This document shows positions 42,357-51,876 of a stretch of DNA of 64,000 nucleotides, piece after piece. The notes beneath the pieces were generated by a model. That model saw only the letters and a list, made by a program, of their open reading frames with translations. It was not told the DNA's origin and searched no databases. Source of the stretch: a virus (taxonomy: Duplodnaviria > Heunggongvirae > Uroviricota > Caudoviricetes); the IMG/VR virus record IMGVR_UViG_3300035184_001394, positions 1 through 64,000 of that record; one strand, 5' to 3'. Every line of letters starts with the position of its first letter. Position 1 is the first letter of the stretch. The translations under genes and the position numbers were made by a program.

Positions 42357-43310
42357 ATGACAATTACAACTAAATCAAACGAAGTATTGTGGGTTGAGCG
42401 ATATAGACCAACAGTTATTGCCGACACAATACTACCTCAAAAAACTAAAGATGTATTCAAAAAATTCGTTTCTGACAGCACTATTCCAAACTTATTACTG
42501 TCTGGAGGTCCAGGTTGCGGTAAGACTACAGTCGCAAAGGCAATGCTTGACGAATTGGGTTGTGACTATATCGTAAAGAATGGTTCACTAAACGTAAATA
42601 TCGATACTATCCGACATGATATATCAACATATGCATCATCTGTATCTCTTACTGGTGGTCGCAAGTATGTAATCTTTGATGAAGCAGATTACCTTAACGC
42701 AGCATCTGTTCAACCTGCACTTCGTAACTTTATTGAAGAATACTCAAGTAACTGTGGTTTTATCTTTACTTGTAACTTTAAAAATCGTATCATATCGCCA
42801 CTTCGTTCTCGTTTATCTGAAATCGACTTTTCTATTGAAAGTAAAGATAGACCTAAACTTGCTATGCAATTCTTTAAACGTGTTACTGCTATTCTTGAAC
42901 AAGAAAAAGTACCATTTGAAAAAGCAGTTGTTGCTAAGGTTATTGAAAAGCATTTCCCAGACTTCCGTCGCGTATTAACTGAACTTCAATCATACGCAGC
43001 TTCTGGTAAGATTGATGAAGGTATTTTCATTAATCTTAAGCAAGAATCTATTGATGCGTTGTTCAAATTTCTTAAGGAAAAGAACTTTACTCAAATGCGC
43101 AAATGGGTTGGAAACAACTCCGACCAAGATATGAATGAAATGTTTCGTAGAATATATGATCTTTCAACTGACAAGGTTGAATTCCGAAGCCAACCTGGCT
43201 TTGTAGTCACACTTGCTGATTATATGTATAAAGCTAATTTTGTTGCTGATTTAGAAGTTAACATGGTTGCTTTCCTTACTGAAGTTATGATTGAATGTGA
43301 GTTCAAATAA
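42357..43310 (+). CDS. 44: gp44 clamp-loader large subunit (AAA+)
   Basis: WVERYRP...LLLSGGPGCGKTT...VIFDEAD shows the RFC box/Walker A/B. Confidence 0.9.
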   Translation: MTITTKSNEVLWVERYRPTVIADTILPQKTKDVFKKFVSDSTIPNLLLSGGPGCGKTTVAKAMLDELGCDYIVKNGSLNVNIDTIRHDISTYASSVSLTGGRKYVIFDEADYLNAASVQPALRNFIEEYSSNCGFIFTCNFKNRIISPLRSRLSEIDFSIESKDRPKLAMQFFKRVTAILEQEKVPFEKAVVAKVIEKHFPDFRRVLTELQSYAASGKIDEGIFINLKQESIDALFKFLKEKNFTQMRKWVGNNSDQDMNEMFRRIYDLSTDKVEFRSQPGFVVTLADYMYKANFVADLEVNMVAFLTEVMIECEFK

Positions 43311-43501
43311 TGTTAAGCTTTGGTCGGTTAAAATGTTTTTATTGTAAAACGAAGGTTAAGAAAAAGCTTGTGTTTACTACAATAATCACGACAGCAGAAG
43401 GCGATCTTTCATTACAATTGTGCCCGTTGTGTGGTGAACAATTAGATGAAATACTTAAAGATATTGAACTAGTTAAAATGGAAAGAGAAAAAAATGGCTA
43501 A
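43310..43501 (+). CDS. small C4 zinc-ribbon protein (63 aa)
   Basis: CFYC...CPLC. Coupled between 44 and 62. Confidence 0.45.
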   Translation: MLSFGRLKCFYCKTKVKKKLVFTTIITTAEGDLSLQLCPLCGEQLDEILKDIELVKMEREKNG

Positions 43502-43892
43502 AGAATTAACACCATTTGATTTTATGACAGCTGCGTCGTATTCGAAAGTTGACTTGATTGGAGATAATGAAAATCCAGATCATATAGAAAAATTGTATAG
43601 CCCATATATGGTTAATCGGGGTTTTTCAAATTTCCAAGATACAATTCTACACGCAAATGAAATGAATCAAAGACCTGCTTTATTCTATCGTGCTCAATTT
43701 GATTATTATCGTTCAGTGTTAAGGAAAGGCAAGAGGTTTTCTAAATGGGCAAAACCATCTAAAGATAAAGATTTAGATGCGATACAGCAAGTATATCAAT
43801 GTAGTAGAATAGTAGCACAACAATATTTTAAAGCACTATCTAAAGATGATATGAAGACAGTGCACAACAAACTGATAACGGGTGGAGCTTAA
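43494..43892 (+). CDS. 62: gp62 clamp-loader small subunit
   Basis: LRKGKRFSKWAKP matches T4 gp62 VPRGKRYGKWAKL. Adjacent to 44. Confidence 0.7.
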   Translation: MAKELTPFDFMTAASYSKVDLIGDNENPDHIEKLYSPYMVNRGFSNFQDTILHANEMNQRPALFYRAQFDYYRSVLRKGKRFSKWAKPSKDKDLDAIQQVYQCSRIVAQQYFKALSKDDMKTVHNKLITGGA

Positions 43893-43963
43893 CTTATTAT
43901 AAATAATTTCATAGCTAACTTTGGCTTTATGAAAATAATAATAATAAAAGGTGAATATGTATT

Positions 43964-44368
43964 ATGAACTCAGAAGATATTTTTAAAGGGGTCGGTGTAG
44001 AGATAACTTTACCAACCGATGATAGTTTCTTAAAAATAAAGGAAACTCTAACTAGAATTGGTATATCAGCAAGAAAGGAAAAGAAATTATTTCAATCTTG
44101 TCATATACTTCATAAACAAGGTCGATATTCAATTCTTCATTTTAAAGAGTTGTTTGTATTAGACGGCAAAATTGATACATTCGCTACAGAAGATATGGCT
44201 CGTAGAAATACAATAGTCAATCTGCTAGATGAGTGGGAATTGCTTAAAATTGTTGATAAAGAACGAGCTTCAGCTCCCCGCGCATCACTAAATCAGGTTA
44301 AGATTATTTCTTATAAAGATAAAGCTGACTGGGAACTTTGTGTTAAATATAATATAGGTAAAAAATAG
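43964..44368 (+). CDS. regA: RegA translational repressor
   Basis: FLKIKETLTRIGI...KLFQSCHILHKQGRYSILHFKELF matches T4 RegA FLKVKETLTRMGI...VLYQSCHILQKKGLYYIVHFKEML. Confidence 0.85.
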   Translation: MNSEDIFKGVGVEITLPTDDSFLKIKETLTRIGISARKEKKLFQSCHILHKQGRYSILHFKELFVLDGKIDTFATEDMARRNTIVNLLDEWELLKIVDKERASAPRASLNQVKIISYKDKADWELCVKYNIGKK

Positions 44369-44373
44369 GTGAG

Positions 44374-44868
44374 ATGTTAATTATGAATGAACTAAAGTTT
44401 TATAAAAATAAGGAATACGCGTATTCTCCTAAACTACATGAAGTGGATTCAATAGAGTTTGATATTCAAGCTGCATTTCAAATGGGCGATAAGATTAGAA
44501 CATACAATCCATGGAATAAAGAATGTTTAATACCAGTTAAAAATATTGGTGGAAAAGTTGGTTTTCAGTTACATCCAGAAAACCGTGCACAAGTACCGAC
44601 TGGTTTGATATTTGATATACCAGAAGGATACAGTCTAAAAATGTATATGAAACCCGAAGTTGCTCTTAAAAAAGGATTAGTCTTAGCGAATGGTACTACT
44701 ATTATAAGCTATGATCTTCATCGTAGACCAAATGATGAATTGTATATGGTATTATACAATGTTTCTGATAGCTTAGTTGTAGTAAACGAAGGCGAAATAC
44801 TTACAGCAATTTCCATGGAATTAGCCTGCGAATATTCTCTTTCAGAATCTGTTAAAGTACCAGTATAA
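44374..44868 (+). CDS. dUTPase/dCTP-deaminase-fold protein (divergent)
   Basis: GLVLANGTTIISYDLHRRPNDELYMVLYNVSD resembles dUTPase motif 3 (G....G.IDSDYRG...V.L.N.S). Low similarity. Confidence 0.4.
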   Translation: MLIMNELKFYKNKEYAYSPKLHEVDSIEFDIQAAFQMGDKIRTYNPWNKECLIPVKNIGGKVGFQLHPENRAQVPTGLIFDIPEGYSLKMYMKPEVALKKGLVLANGTTIISYDLHRRPNDELYMVLYNVSDSLVVVNEGEILTAISMELACEYSLSESVKVPV

Positions 44869-44907
44869 AAAAAGTTAAAAAAAGTTTTATACATCGAGTT
44901 TTTTGTG

Positions 44908-44915
44908 TATAAATA
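44908..44915 (+). promoter_or_regulatory. T4-type late promoter TATAAATA upstream of hsp20
   Basis: Exact TATAAATA, about 100 nt upstream of ATG 45014. Confidence 0.5.
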
Positions 44916-44918
44916 GAA

Positions 44919-44953
44919 ATGTTAGCATGATGCCGAAAGGGTTTTGCTAACAT
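44919..44953 (+). other. stable hairpin in the predicted hsp20 5' leader (9-bp stem ATGTTAGCA/TGCTAACAT, 17-nt loop)
   Basis: Read directly. Begins at about the expected late-transcript +1. Confidence 0.45.
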
Positions 44954-45013
44954 AACAACAATGCTAGTTATAATTATAACAGCAAATTAATCTTGCTCAA
45001 AGAGGAGAAAACA

Positions 45014-45481
45014 ATGAGAAATCTACAAGTTAACACTGATCACCTAAAACCATTCACCGTTGGATTTGATAACATACTAAATCGTTTATTTGAAAATGAA
45101 AATTGTGCAACACGAAGTACTGGGTTTCCACCCTACAACATCAGAAAGCGTTCAGACACAGAATTCCATATAGATCTAGCAGTAGCTGGCTTAGATATTA
45201 ATGATGTTGATATAGAAGTATCAGATGGTCAGTTAGTTGTGCGTTCAGCATTCGACGACAAAGCAAAAGTATTTAATGGTGAATTTATTCATCGCGGTAT
45301 TTCGTTTAAGAAATTTACGAGACCATTTACTCTTGCCGATGATATCGAAGTTACTGGTGCAAATTTGAAAAATGGATTGCTTACAATCGATTTAACTCGT
45401 ATAGTACCAGAAGAGAAAAAACCAAAGAAGATTACAATTGAATGTGGTTCGCCCAATGATAAACAGTTCTTGGCTGGTTGA
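45014..45481 (+). CDS. Hsp20/alpha-crystallin small heat-shock protein
   Basis: P.YNIRKRSDTEFHIDLAVAGLDINDVDIEV.DGQLVVRS...GEFIHRGISFKKFTRPFTLADDIEVTGANLKNGLLTIDL matches the alpha-crystallin domain. ATG at 45014 has a GAGGAG SD. ORF track begins at an upstream TTG. Confidence 0.8.
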   Translation: MRNLQVNTDHLKPFTVGFDNILNRLFENENCATRSTGFPPYNIRKRSDTEFHIDLAVAGLDINDVDIEVSDGQLVVRSAFDDKAKVFNGEFIHRGISFKKFTRPFTLADDIEVTGANLKNGLLTIDLTRIVPEEKKPKKITIECGSPNDKQFLAG

Positions 45482-45510
45482 ATAAAGAATATATTTAAAT
45501 AGTTATATAT

Positions 45511-45545
45511 AAGGAAACTCGATATTGAGTTTCCTTTTTAGTTTT
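45511..45545 (+). terminator. rho-independent terminator after hsp20
   Basis: AAGGAAACTC-gatatt-GAGTTTCCTT followed by TTTTAGTTTTT. Confidence 0.65.
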
Positions 45546-45561
45546 TAAAGATAGGAAAGTT

Positions 45562-45714
45562 ATGAAAATGTTAAAGATGTTAAATAAAAATGCGAAAGCT
45601 TGGTTAAATACTTGGTTTAAATACACTTGCCATACACAAATTATGGCTCCTTATCAAATTACGTGTAACGCAAATTCATTCATAAACAAAATAAAAACAG
45701 AAAAAGAGGCTTAA
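45562..45714 (+). CDS. possible small protein (50 aa)
   Basis: MKMLKMLNKNAKAWLNTWFKYTCHTQ... with AGGAAAG SD. Speculative. Confidence 0.25.
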   Translation: MKMLKMLNKNAKAWLNTWFKYTCHTQIMAPYQITCNANSFINKIKTEKEA

Positions 45715-45848
45715 TAATAGTAATGGAAAAGTATAAGTTAAAGGTAGTGGTGAATTGTATATCAACAATGATATTAATAGTATCACTACCAATTTTTGTT
45801 ATTTTGCTACACATGTAATAGTTAGTGGTTGGGAAAACTCGGCCACTA

Positions 45849-47597
45849 TCATCCAGCCCAGTTTGGATCTAGCGAATTTCCACCGCCATGGCCAAATAAA
45901 ACTGATTGTGAATTACTATTAATATCACCTTCTTTTATATTAGTTGATCCTTCTAATTTATTATAAACATTAGTAACCCCACCTCCAACATTTTCTTTTA
46001 CGGTGTCAATAGTTTTAAGCTTATTATCTCCTTCTGTTTGTCTTTTAATTGATCTTCTAAGCCTAGCAACTTGCATTTTTGTTCTTCTGTTTTGTTTAGT
46101 CGTTACAGATCTAACTTCTTGTACAAGAGACACTTCGGGTATAAACGTTCCATCATCTACCGATGAAGCTAATTGCTCGAGTTTATTGAAACTATCTTCT
46201 AAAATTACTTTTTGCTCTTCTATTCGTTCTAATTCTGCTTTGCCGCTTGCTATTATTCCTTTATTACTACGACCGCCTGCCGTACTTTTTGATTTAGCAA
46301 GAGCTGCTTCTTCCTGAGCTAGAAGTTCATCGTTAATTTTATTAAGCTCGCTTCTAGCTTTTAATATTGCTTCACGTTTTTCTTTTTCTGTTTTTGCTAG
46401 AGATAAATCTGTGTTAACAAGATAAAAATTATTATCCATATCAGCAACCAATTTTGATCTACTTTTTTCAACTTCACCTTTTATATAATCGGCTGCAACA
46501 CCACCTAAAGTATAAACAGCGCCGCCAACAGCACCAACTAGCGCTCCAACTGGGCCAAACATTGCACCTATTGCTGCGCCTTTTAGAGCAGTTTCACCAA
46601 GATTGACGAGATTAAGTTCAGCTTCACCAATTTTAACAGCACTATTAATACTGTTTTTCTCAAAATTATCTCTAACCATATCAGCTGCAACATCAACTAC
46701 TATTGTTGCAACCGATGCAAGACCAACTCCACGAACAATTGATCCTTTTAATCCAAATGGCAGTTTTCCTGCACCTATAGGAGGTGTTGCTGTTGTAGGG
46801 CTTGCTGCTGTAGGAAGAGTGTTTGTCAATTTACCTAATCCGAGAGCTTTCAATACTGATCCACCGGCAGCAAACATATTTTTTACAAGTCCAGCTGCTA
46901 TTCCAATAGCACCACTGAGTAATTTAAAATTGTTTCTTAAACCAAGAACAACAACAGAACTTCCAACTAACCAAGTTAATGGATTTGTGATTATCTCTGA
47001 AAAACTTGATAAACTTTCACTCACTTTAAAAATCCAATCTTTGAATTTTGTTTCATATTCTGTGAACTTTCCACCGGTCATCTTGTTAACCATACCTTTT
47101 ATCAAGTTATAGCTAAAAAATACACCACCAGCTACTTTAGCAAACGTTTTAATGAAGTCAAATCCAGCTTTAGCACCACTTTTAAGTTTATCACCTAGCA
47201 CTGGTTTTGTTTTTTTAGGTTTTGTTTTTTCTGGTTTTGTTAGATCTTCTACGTCATCAATAGCTTGTCGTCTTTCTGCTGCTTCTTTATCTTGAATTTC
47301 AGTTAACTCAAGAGATTTAGCAAGTAAACTGGTTTGTTCAATTAAACTAGTTGATATAGTTTGAAATACATTGTCAAATTTACTCAGTTGTATTTTAACT
47401 TGTCTTATAGAATTTGGACTACTGTTTCGATTTAATAAACCTTCTGCCTTCAACCTATCTATAATAGCTTGTGTATCATCAGACACTCTAGCCTTTTTAG
47501 ATTTCTTTTCACTTTTTTGTGATGGTTGATCTTTCGCGCTTTTTTGTTGTCCGACTATACTCGGTAGTGTTTGATTTTTTTCTGGTTTATCAGCCAT
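45849..47597 (-). CDS. 29: gp29-like baseplate hub / tail-length tape-measure protein
   Basis: 582 aa (T4 gp29 590 aa). Lys-rich coiled-coil N-terminal half, Gly/Ala-rich hydrophobic middle, in the baseplate block. Confidence 0.45.
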   Translation of the reverse strand: MADKPEKNQTLPSIVGQQKSAKDQPSQKSEKKSKKARVSDDTQAIIDRLKAEGLLNRNSSPNSIRQVKIQLSKFDNVFQTISTSLIEQTSLLAKSLELTEIQDKEAAERRQAIDDVEDLTKPEKTKPKKTKPVLGDKLKSGAKAGFDFIKTFAKVAGGVFFSYNLIKGMVNKMTGGKFTEYETKFKDWIFKVSESLSSFSEIITNPLTWLVGSSVVVLGLRNNFKLLSGAIGIAAGLVKNMFAAGGSVLKALGLGKLTNTLPTAASPTTATPPIGAGKLPFGLKGSIVRGVGLASVATIVVDVAADMVRDNFEKNSINSAVKIGEAELNLVNLGETALKGAAIGAMFGPVGALVGAVGGAVYTLGGVAADYIKGEVEKSRSKLVADMDNNFYLVNTDLSLAKTEKEKREAILKARSELNKINDELLAQEEAALAKSKSTAGGRSNKGIIASGKAELERIEEQKVILEDSFNKLEQLASSVDDGTFIPEVSLVQEVRSVTTKQNRRTKMQVARLRRSIKRQTEGDNKLKTIDTVKENVGGGVTNVYNKLEGSTNIKEGDINSNSQSVLFGHGGGNSLDPNWAG

Positions 47598-47769
47598 TTT
47601 TAATTTTCGCTCTTATCTTTTTGTTGTTCGAGATAGTTTACCAGCATTCCAAAATATAAGTCGCGTTCATATGGCAACATGTGTTCTATATCATGTATTG
47701 AGTATTTGTGGTGCTGAGCTAACGAAAATATCATTTGATAGTACGCAGATAAATCAATGTGGCTCAGCA

Positions 47770-48471
47770 CTAGATAAAAAAACTTCGCATTCCTTCTATA
47801 ATAAATGTTTTATCAACACCATCTTTATTTTTGTATTTTAATTCGTGTCTAACTTTTGGCATAGTCTCAAAGAATTCTTTTATTCCTTTAATGACGTCGC
47901 CCGTCATATTATCCATGAATTCATCAATCTGCTCATCGCTATATTCTTTAAAATCAAAAACTTCATCATTTGATACTAATTTGTCTAAACACGAAGTCAT
48001 AACAAAATAGTTAACAAGTGGATCATTTGGATCCATATCAATAATACTGGCAAACTCGTCTATTGTTGGGTATTTTAACATTATAGTGTATTCGTCATTG
48101 ATTTTTATTTTGTTTGTGTGGTTTTCATCTTTGCTTATTTGAACCTTATCTATATCAATAGACAATTCAATTGTTTCTTTTGTATCTGGATCTTTAATAG
48201 TAAATTCTAGAGAGTTATCAACAGATCTAGCACGTATAACTAAAATTATATATTCTAAGTCAAACATTGCAAATTTAGAAACATCCGAATCTAATAGACA
48301 GTTATTAACTATCTGTTTTGTCGCTAGTAATTCCTGTGTTGCATCATCTGACTCTTGTGCGACTAATAAGATCTTCTCTTCTTTTACTGTAAAAGGTCGA
48401 TACTTAATTTTCTCACCAGTTGAAGGTAAGATCATCTCTGATATTGGCAAATCGATTTTTGGTAACGACAT
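47770..48471 (-). CDS. late structural protein (233 aa), possibly a baseplate hub assembly component
   Basis: Acidic protein between gp29-like and tube-fold genes. No motif recognised. Confidence 0.3.
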   Translation of the reverse strand: MSLPKIDLPISEMILPSTGEKIKYRPFTVKEEKILLVAQESDDATQELLATKQIVNNCLLDSDVSKFAMFDLEYIILVIRARSVDNSLEFTIKDPDTKETIELSIDIDKVQISKDENHTNKIKINDEYTIMLKYPTIDEFASIIDMDPNDPLVNYFVMTSCLDKLVSNDEVFDFKEYSDEQIDEFMDNMTGDVIKGIKEFFETMPKVRHELKYKNKDGVDKTFIIEGMRSFFI

Positions 48472-48485
48472 TATGTAAATCTCCT

Positions 48486-49274
48486 TTAGATTCTATTACT
48501 GATATTGTCAAATGAATTTCTTGTTCGCGATATTCTATTAATCGCATCTTGTATACTGTCGAATTTAACACCTTGGTCTATTGTTTGTTTTACTACTCCC
48601 GCAAATCCTGCAACTGCTCCTAATCTATCAAGTAGTCCATTTCCTCTACTGTTTCTAGCAGTTGGAGTTCCCGACTTTGTGCCTGAATAAGATATTTTGT
48701 CGTACACAAAGGCAACAGGCAGAGTAAGGAATGTATTATTATTAGCCCAACCCAAATCCAGATCACCAAGAGTTATAGGATATGCGTTGTGCAGTTTAAC
48801 TTCATAATATTTATTTTCAAAACATTCAGATGAATAATGTCGTATTGTTATATTTGTTGCGTATTCATCTTTATATCCAAACTCGTATGGTAATTTACCA
48901 TCAACTTCATTAAATGCACCAGCATCAGACGCACCATGATTAACTATCTTTTGGATCCAATTATGAAAATAGTTTAAAATATTATGATCAGAGTCGACCA
49001 TAAAAACAGCGCTAACTGGTTGATTAACAACCGACATTGGAAATACTGTCGTTAATTGACCAACAGCCTGGTATGGTATCGCGTTAATATTAACACCTGG
49101 GATGTTAGCTGTCATACAAAAGAAAGAAAATATTCTTGAATCTATTTTTGTACCTTTATCTAACTCAGTTACACCATCTTGTATAGGAGATATTATAATC
49201 TCAAAAAGTGACGACCTTGCCGGACCGCCTCTACTATCAATTTCAGATTTAAACCTACTGATGTCGAAAGCCAT
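48486..49274 (-). CDS. tail-tube-fold baseplate protein (gp19/gp48/gp54 family)
   Basis: N-terminal ...GPARSSLFEIIISPIQ... and C-terminal YPITLGDLDLGWANNNTFLTLPVAFVYDKI parallel T4 gp19 (RPNLFQVEISYLG... and LWPTNVGELQLDWDSNNEIQTFEVTLALDYWE). Confidence 0.45.
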   Translation of the reverse strand: MAFDISRFKSEIDSRGGPARSSLFEIIISPIQDGVTELDKGTKIDSRIFSFFCMTANIPGVNINAIPYQAVGQLTTVFPMSVVNQPVSAVFMVDSDHNILNYFHNWIQKIVNHGASDAGAFNEVDGKLPYEFGYKDEYATNITIRHYSSECFENKYYEVKLHNAYPITLGDLDLGWANNNTFLTLPVAFVYDKISYSGTKSGTPTARNSRGNGLLDRLGAVAGFAGVVKQTIDQGVKFDSIQDAINRISRTRNSFDNISNRI

Positions 49275-49279
49275 TTAAT

Positions 49280-49885
49280 TTACCTTTTATTAATAATTTT
49301 ACGTGAATCAGCGTAAACTTTTTGTTTAGATGCACCGATAAATTTACCAGCTGGTAGGAATAGAGCAATGTCCCATTCTGATGGTGTTATGTAAATAAAC
49401 CTTGATTTAATTTGTTTATTAAGGTAATGTTTAATACATGGCGCAAATTCTTTAAATTTAGCAGCTCCGTTTAATAAATCATAAGATATTTTTGCTCTAG
49501 TATTTTCGTCGTATCGATCATTAGTTACAGTCTTATATATTTCATCCATTAAAACTGCACGTAATTGTGGAGGCAAATAGTGCATATTAATTCCTAAAAA
49601 TCCACCTTTTGCTAGACTAATTGGAAATATTAATGGAAACGCATCATAGTAAGGTAACGTATCTTTGTGTTTAGCGACGTATGAAAACATATACATATTT
49701 CCGAACCTAATTTTAGATTCTGCACTTGACTTCTTTTCTTGCATTATTTTCTTTTGTACAATATCAGGACCTTTCTTTATTTTTCTGGCCTGATCGCGAT
49801 ACCAATTTCTGGCTTCGTCAGTTCTGGCTGGTACTTGTCCACCTCTTATACCTTTGAGTAATATGTTTGCAAATAAAGTAGCCAT
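49280..49885 (-). CDS. 2: gp2-like DNA end-protector protein
   Basis: Position directly downstream of gene 4 (T4 order 4-2-3). Motif YYDAFPLIFP...INMHYLPP recalled as gp2-like. Identity not verified. Confidence 0.4.
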   Translation of the reverse strand: MATLFANILLKGIRGGQVPARTDEARNWYRDQARKIKKGPDIVQKKIMQEKKSSAESKIRFGNMYMFSYVAKHKDTLPYYDAFPLIFPISLAKGGFLGINMHYLPPQLRAVLMDEIYKTVTNDRYDENTRAKISYDLLNGAAKFKEFAPCIKHYLNKQIKSRFIYITPSEWDIALFLPAGKFIGASKQKVYADSRKIINKR

Positions 49886-49995
49886 TTATTTAATTCCTAG
49901 TTCGTATTTTCTTTCAGTTACAGCTTTCTGCAACTTTACTTTATTTTTATAAGAATTATCAGTAGGTTCGTTACAATTAATACAACTATTATACA

Positions 49996-50454
49996 TTATT
50001 TAATTCCCAACTCTTTTTCAGTCATAATAATAAATTCCCAAGCTCGATCTTGACAATATATTCGAGCCGCTTTCCACTTAGCTTCATTAACACCATATGT
50101 TTTAACTTCATTCAGATATCTTCGTGATACTCTACCGGTAGGTGTAGAATTCTTTTTCTTTATGTTTGGTGGTAATGTTTGAGCATAAGGTTTAATTTCA
50201 ATCATTGTTGTAATCTTTCTACCATCTGGCATATTCTTGTGTACAACAACGTCAGGATAATATCTGTGCATCTTACCATCAATTGGAGATCTATAAGGAA
50301 CTATATGTTCTTCTGATGCCCACCAAATTACGTCATTATGCTTATCAACAAATCTAAAAAATTTTAGTTCCCACAGAGATCTATACGTGATCTTAGAATA
50401 ATCACCTTTATATTTGGCTGGGTTTGTCGGTCTAAATTTACCTCGATATGCCAA
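49996..50454 (-). CDS. 4: gp4 head completion protein
   Basis: YRSLWELKFFRFVD...VIWWASEEHIVPYRSPIDGKMHRYYPD matches the gp4 family pattern. Diverges from gp53 as in T4. Confidence 0.7.
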   Translation of the reverse strand: MAYRGKFRPTNPAKYKGDYSKITYRSLWELKFFRFVDKHNDVIWWASEEHIVPYRSPIDGKMHRYYPDVVVHKNMPDGRKITTMIEIKPYAQTLPPNIKKKNSTPTGRVSRRYLNEVKTYGVNEAKWKAARIYCQDRAWEFIIMTEKELGIK

Positions 50455-50470
50455 TTATATATTCCTTTTG

Positions 50471-50478
50471 TATAAATA
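50471..50478 (+). promoter_or_regulatory. late promoter TATAAATA (plus) for the baseplate operon starting at 50534
   Basis: Exact TATAAATA. Confidence 0.5.
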
Positions 50479-50498
50479 ATAGTTAATAGTATATTGTT

Positions 50499-50506
50499 TA
50501 TTTATA
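50499..50506 (-). promoter_or_regulatory. late promoter TATAAATA (minus) for the gene 4 operon
   Basis: Forward tatttata, 45 nt upstream of the gene 4 ATG. Divergent with the plus-strand late promoter. Confidence 0.5.
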
Positions 50507-50533
50507 CAATATTAGAAAATAACAGAGGCAAAT

Positions 50534-51496
50534 ATGGCATCTAATACATCAACTCGCCCGGAACGAGCGCGCAAAGCAAAAGAATTTAAGAATAGCAATA
50601 AGATACATTCTTTTCCTGCTAAGCCAATGCCACATTCTATGATGTTGACATTTAAAAAATATGATTACTCAAACTTATACAGTAAAATAAATACGACAAC
50701 TACAAGCAGTAACAATTCCGGCGTTCAAAAATCTGAAGAAGTAATAATAGAATTACCTTTCCCTACAAATTTATCAGATGTAACTTCTTTAAGAGTTGAA
50801 ACTTTTGGTCGATCGGCTGCATCTTCAGCTTTCGCTTCTAGTTTGTCTGGTGCACAGTCTGCAGGTACAAGCGGAAATGCAATGCTTGATAATGCATCAA
50901 CAGCAATTGGTAATATTGCTAAAGGAATACAGAAAACTGGTGTTTCAATAGTTGATCAATCTAATGCAGGTAGACAAGATATGGCAGCATTTCTGAGTCA
51001 GTCTGCTGCTAAATTATACAAAAATGATTTTTCGACAACATTAGATAGCGTTGTCGGTCGTGCGTCTAACCCGAAAGAAACTTTATCTTTTAATGGTGTT
51101 AATTTAAAATCATACACGTTTACTTGGAGATTATTTCCAAGTAATATACAAGATTCAGAATCTATTAAGAATATAGTAAAAACAATAAAATCTCAGATAT
51201 TACCATCAACTAGAGATTTTTTAGCATTTGAAAAGGTATTTTTAACTTATCCCAGTACAGTAGACATACAATTGCTTGGTGTTGATGAATCGCATTTCTT
51301 TAAATTTAAAACTTCAATGGTATCTAGTTTTAATGTTAATTACGGCTCCGGTGATGACATACCACTTATTTCTGGTGGAAAGCCAGCTCATGTGACAATA
51401 GATATAGGATTTTCTGAATTAGAAGCTCACACTGCCGGACACGAAGATAATCTAGATGAAGTTGTTAGTAGCAGTGATAGTGGAGGTCAAGGATAA
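50534..51496 (+). CDS. 48: gp48-like baseplate tail-tube cap (tube-fold family)
   Basis: FTWRLFP...NVNYGSG is tube-like. 320 aa. Adjacent to gp53. Confidence 0.4.
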   Translation: MASNTSTRPERARKAKEFKNSNKIHSFPAKPMPHSMMLTFKKYDYSNLYSKINTTTTSSNNSGVQKSEEVIIELPFPTNLSDVTSLRVETFGRSAASSAFASSLSGAQSAGTSGNAMLDNASTAIGNIAKGIQKTGVSIVDQSNAGRQDMAAFLSQSAAKLYKNDFSTTLDSVVGRASNPKETLSFNGVNLKSYTFTWRLFPSNIQDSESIKNIVKTIKSQILPSTRDFLAFEKVFLTYPSTVDIQLLGVDESHFFKFKTSMVSSFNVNYGSGDDIPLISGGKPAHVTIDIGFSELEAHTAGHEDNLDEVVSSSDSGGQG

Positions 51497-51873
51497 TGAC
51501 TAAGTATTTTGAGAATTTTCCAACAATAGAATATAACGGTAGACGAGTTAAAGATATTACACGGCGAAATAACTTTGCTCGTAATATATCTAACAACCCA
51601 TATTTATTTATGCCTTACACTGTTAAACAAGGTGAAAGAGCAGAAGACATAGCTGAATTCTATTATGGTTCAGTTGATTATATTTGGTTGGTTTATTTAG
51701 CTAATAACATTATAGACCCTTATCATGAATGGCCATTTGATGAATATAATTTTAACCAATATATCATGAAAAAGTACGAAAAAGAATCCGGTGAAATTGG
51801 TGAAGATATTGTAGCTTGGACACAATCTGAAGAAAACGAAGAAAACGTACTTTATTATTACAGGGAGGTATAA
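51496..51873 (+). CDS. 53: gp53 baseplate wedge protein
   Basis: IAEFYYGSVDYIWLVYLANNIIDPYHEW matches T4 gp53 LANAIYGNPQLYWVLLMCNDNYDPYYGW. Confidence 0.65.
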   Translation: MTKYFENFPTIEYNGRRVKDITRRNNFARNISNNPYLFMPYTVKQGERAEDIAEFYYGSVDYIWLVYLANNIIDPYHEWPFDEYNFNQYIMKKYEKESGEIGEDIVAWTQSEENEENVLYYYREV

Positions 51874-51876
51874 CTA

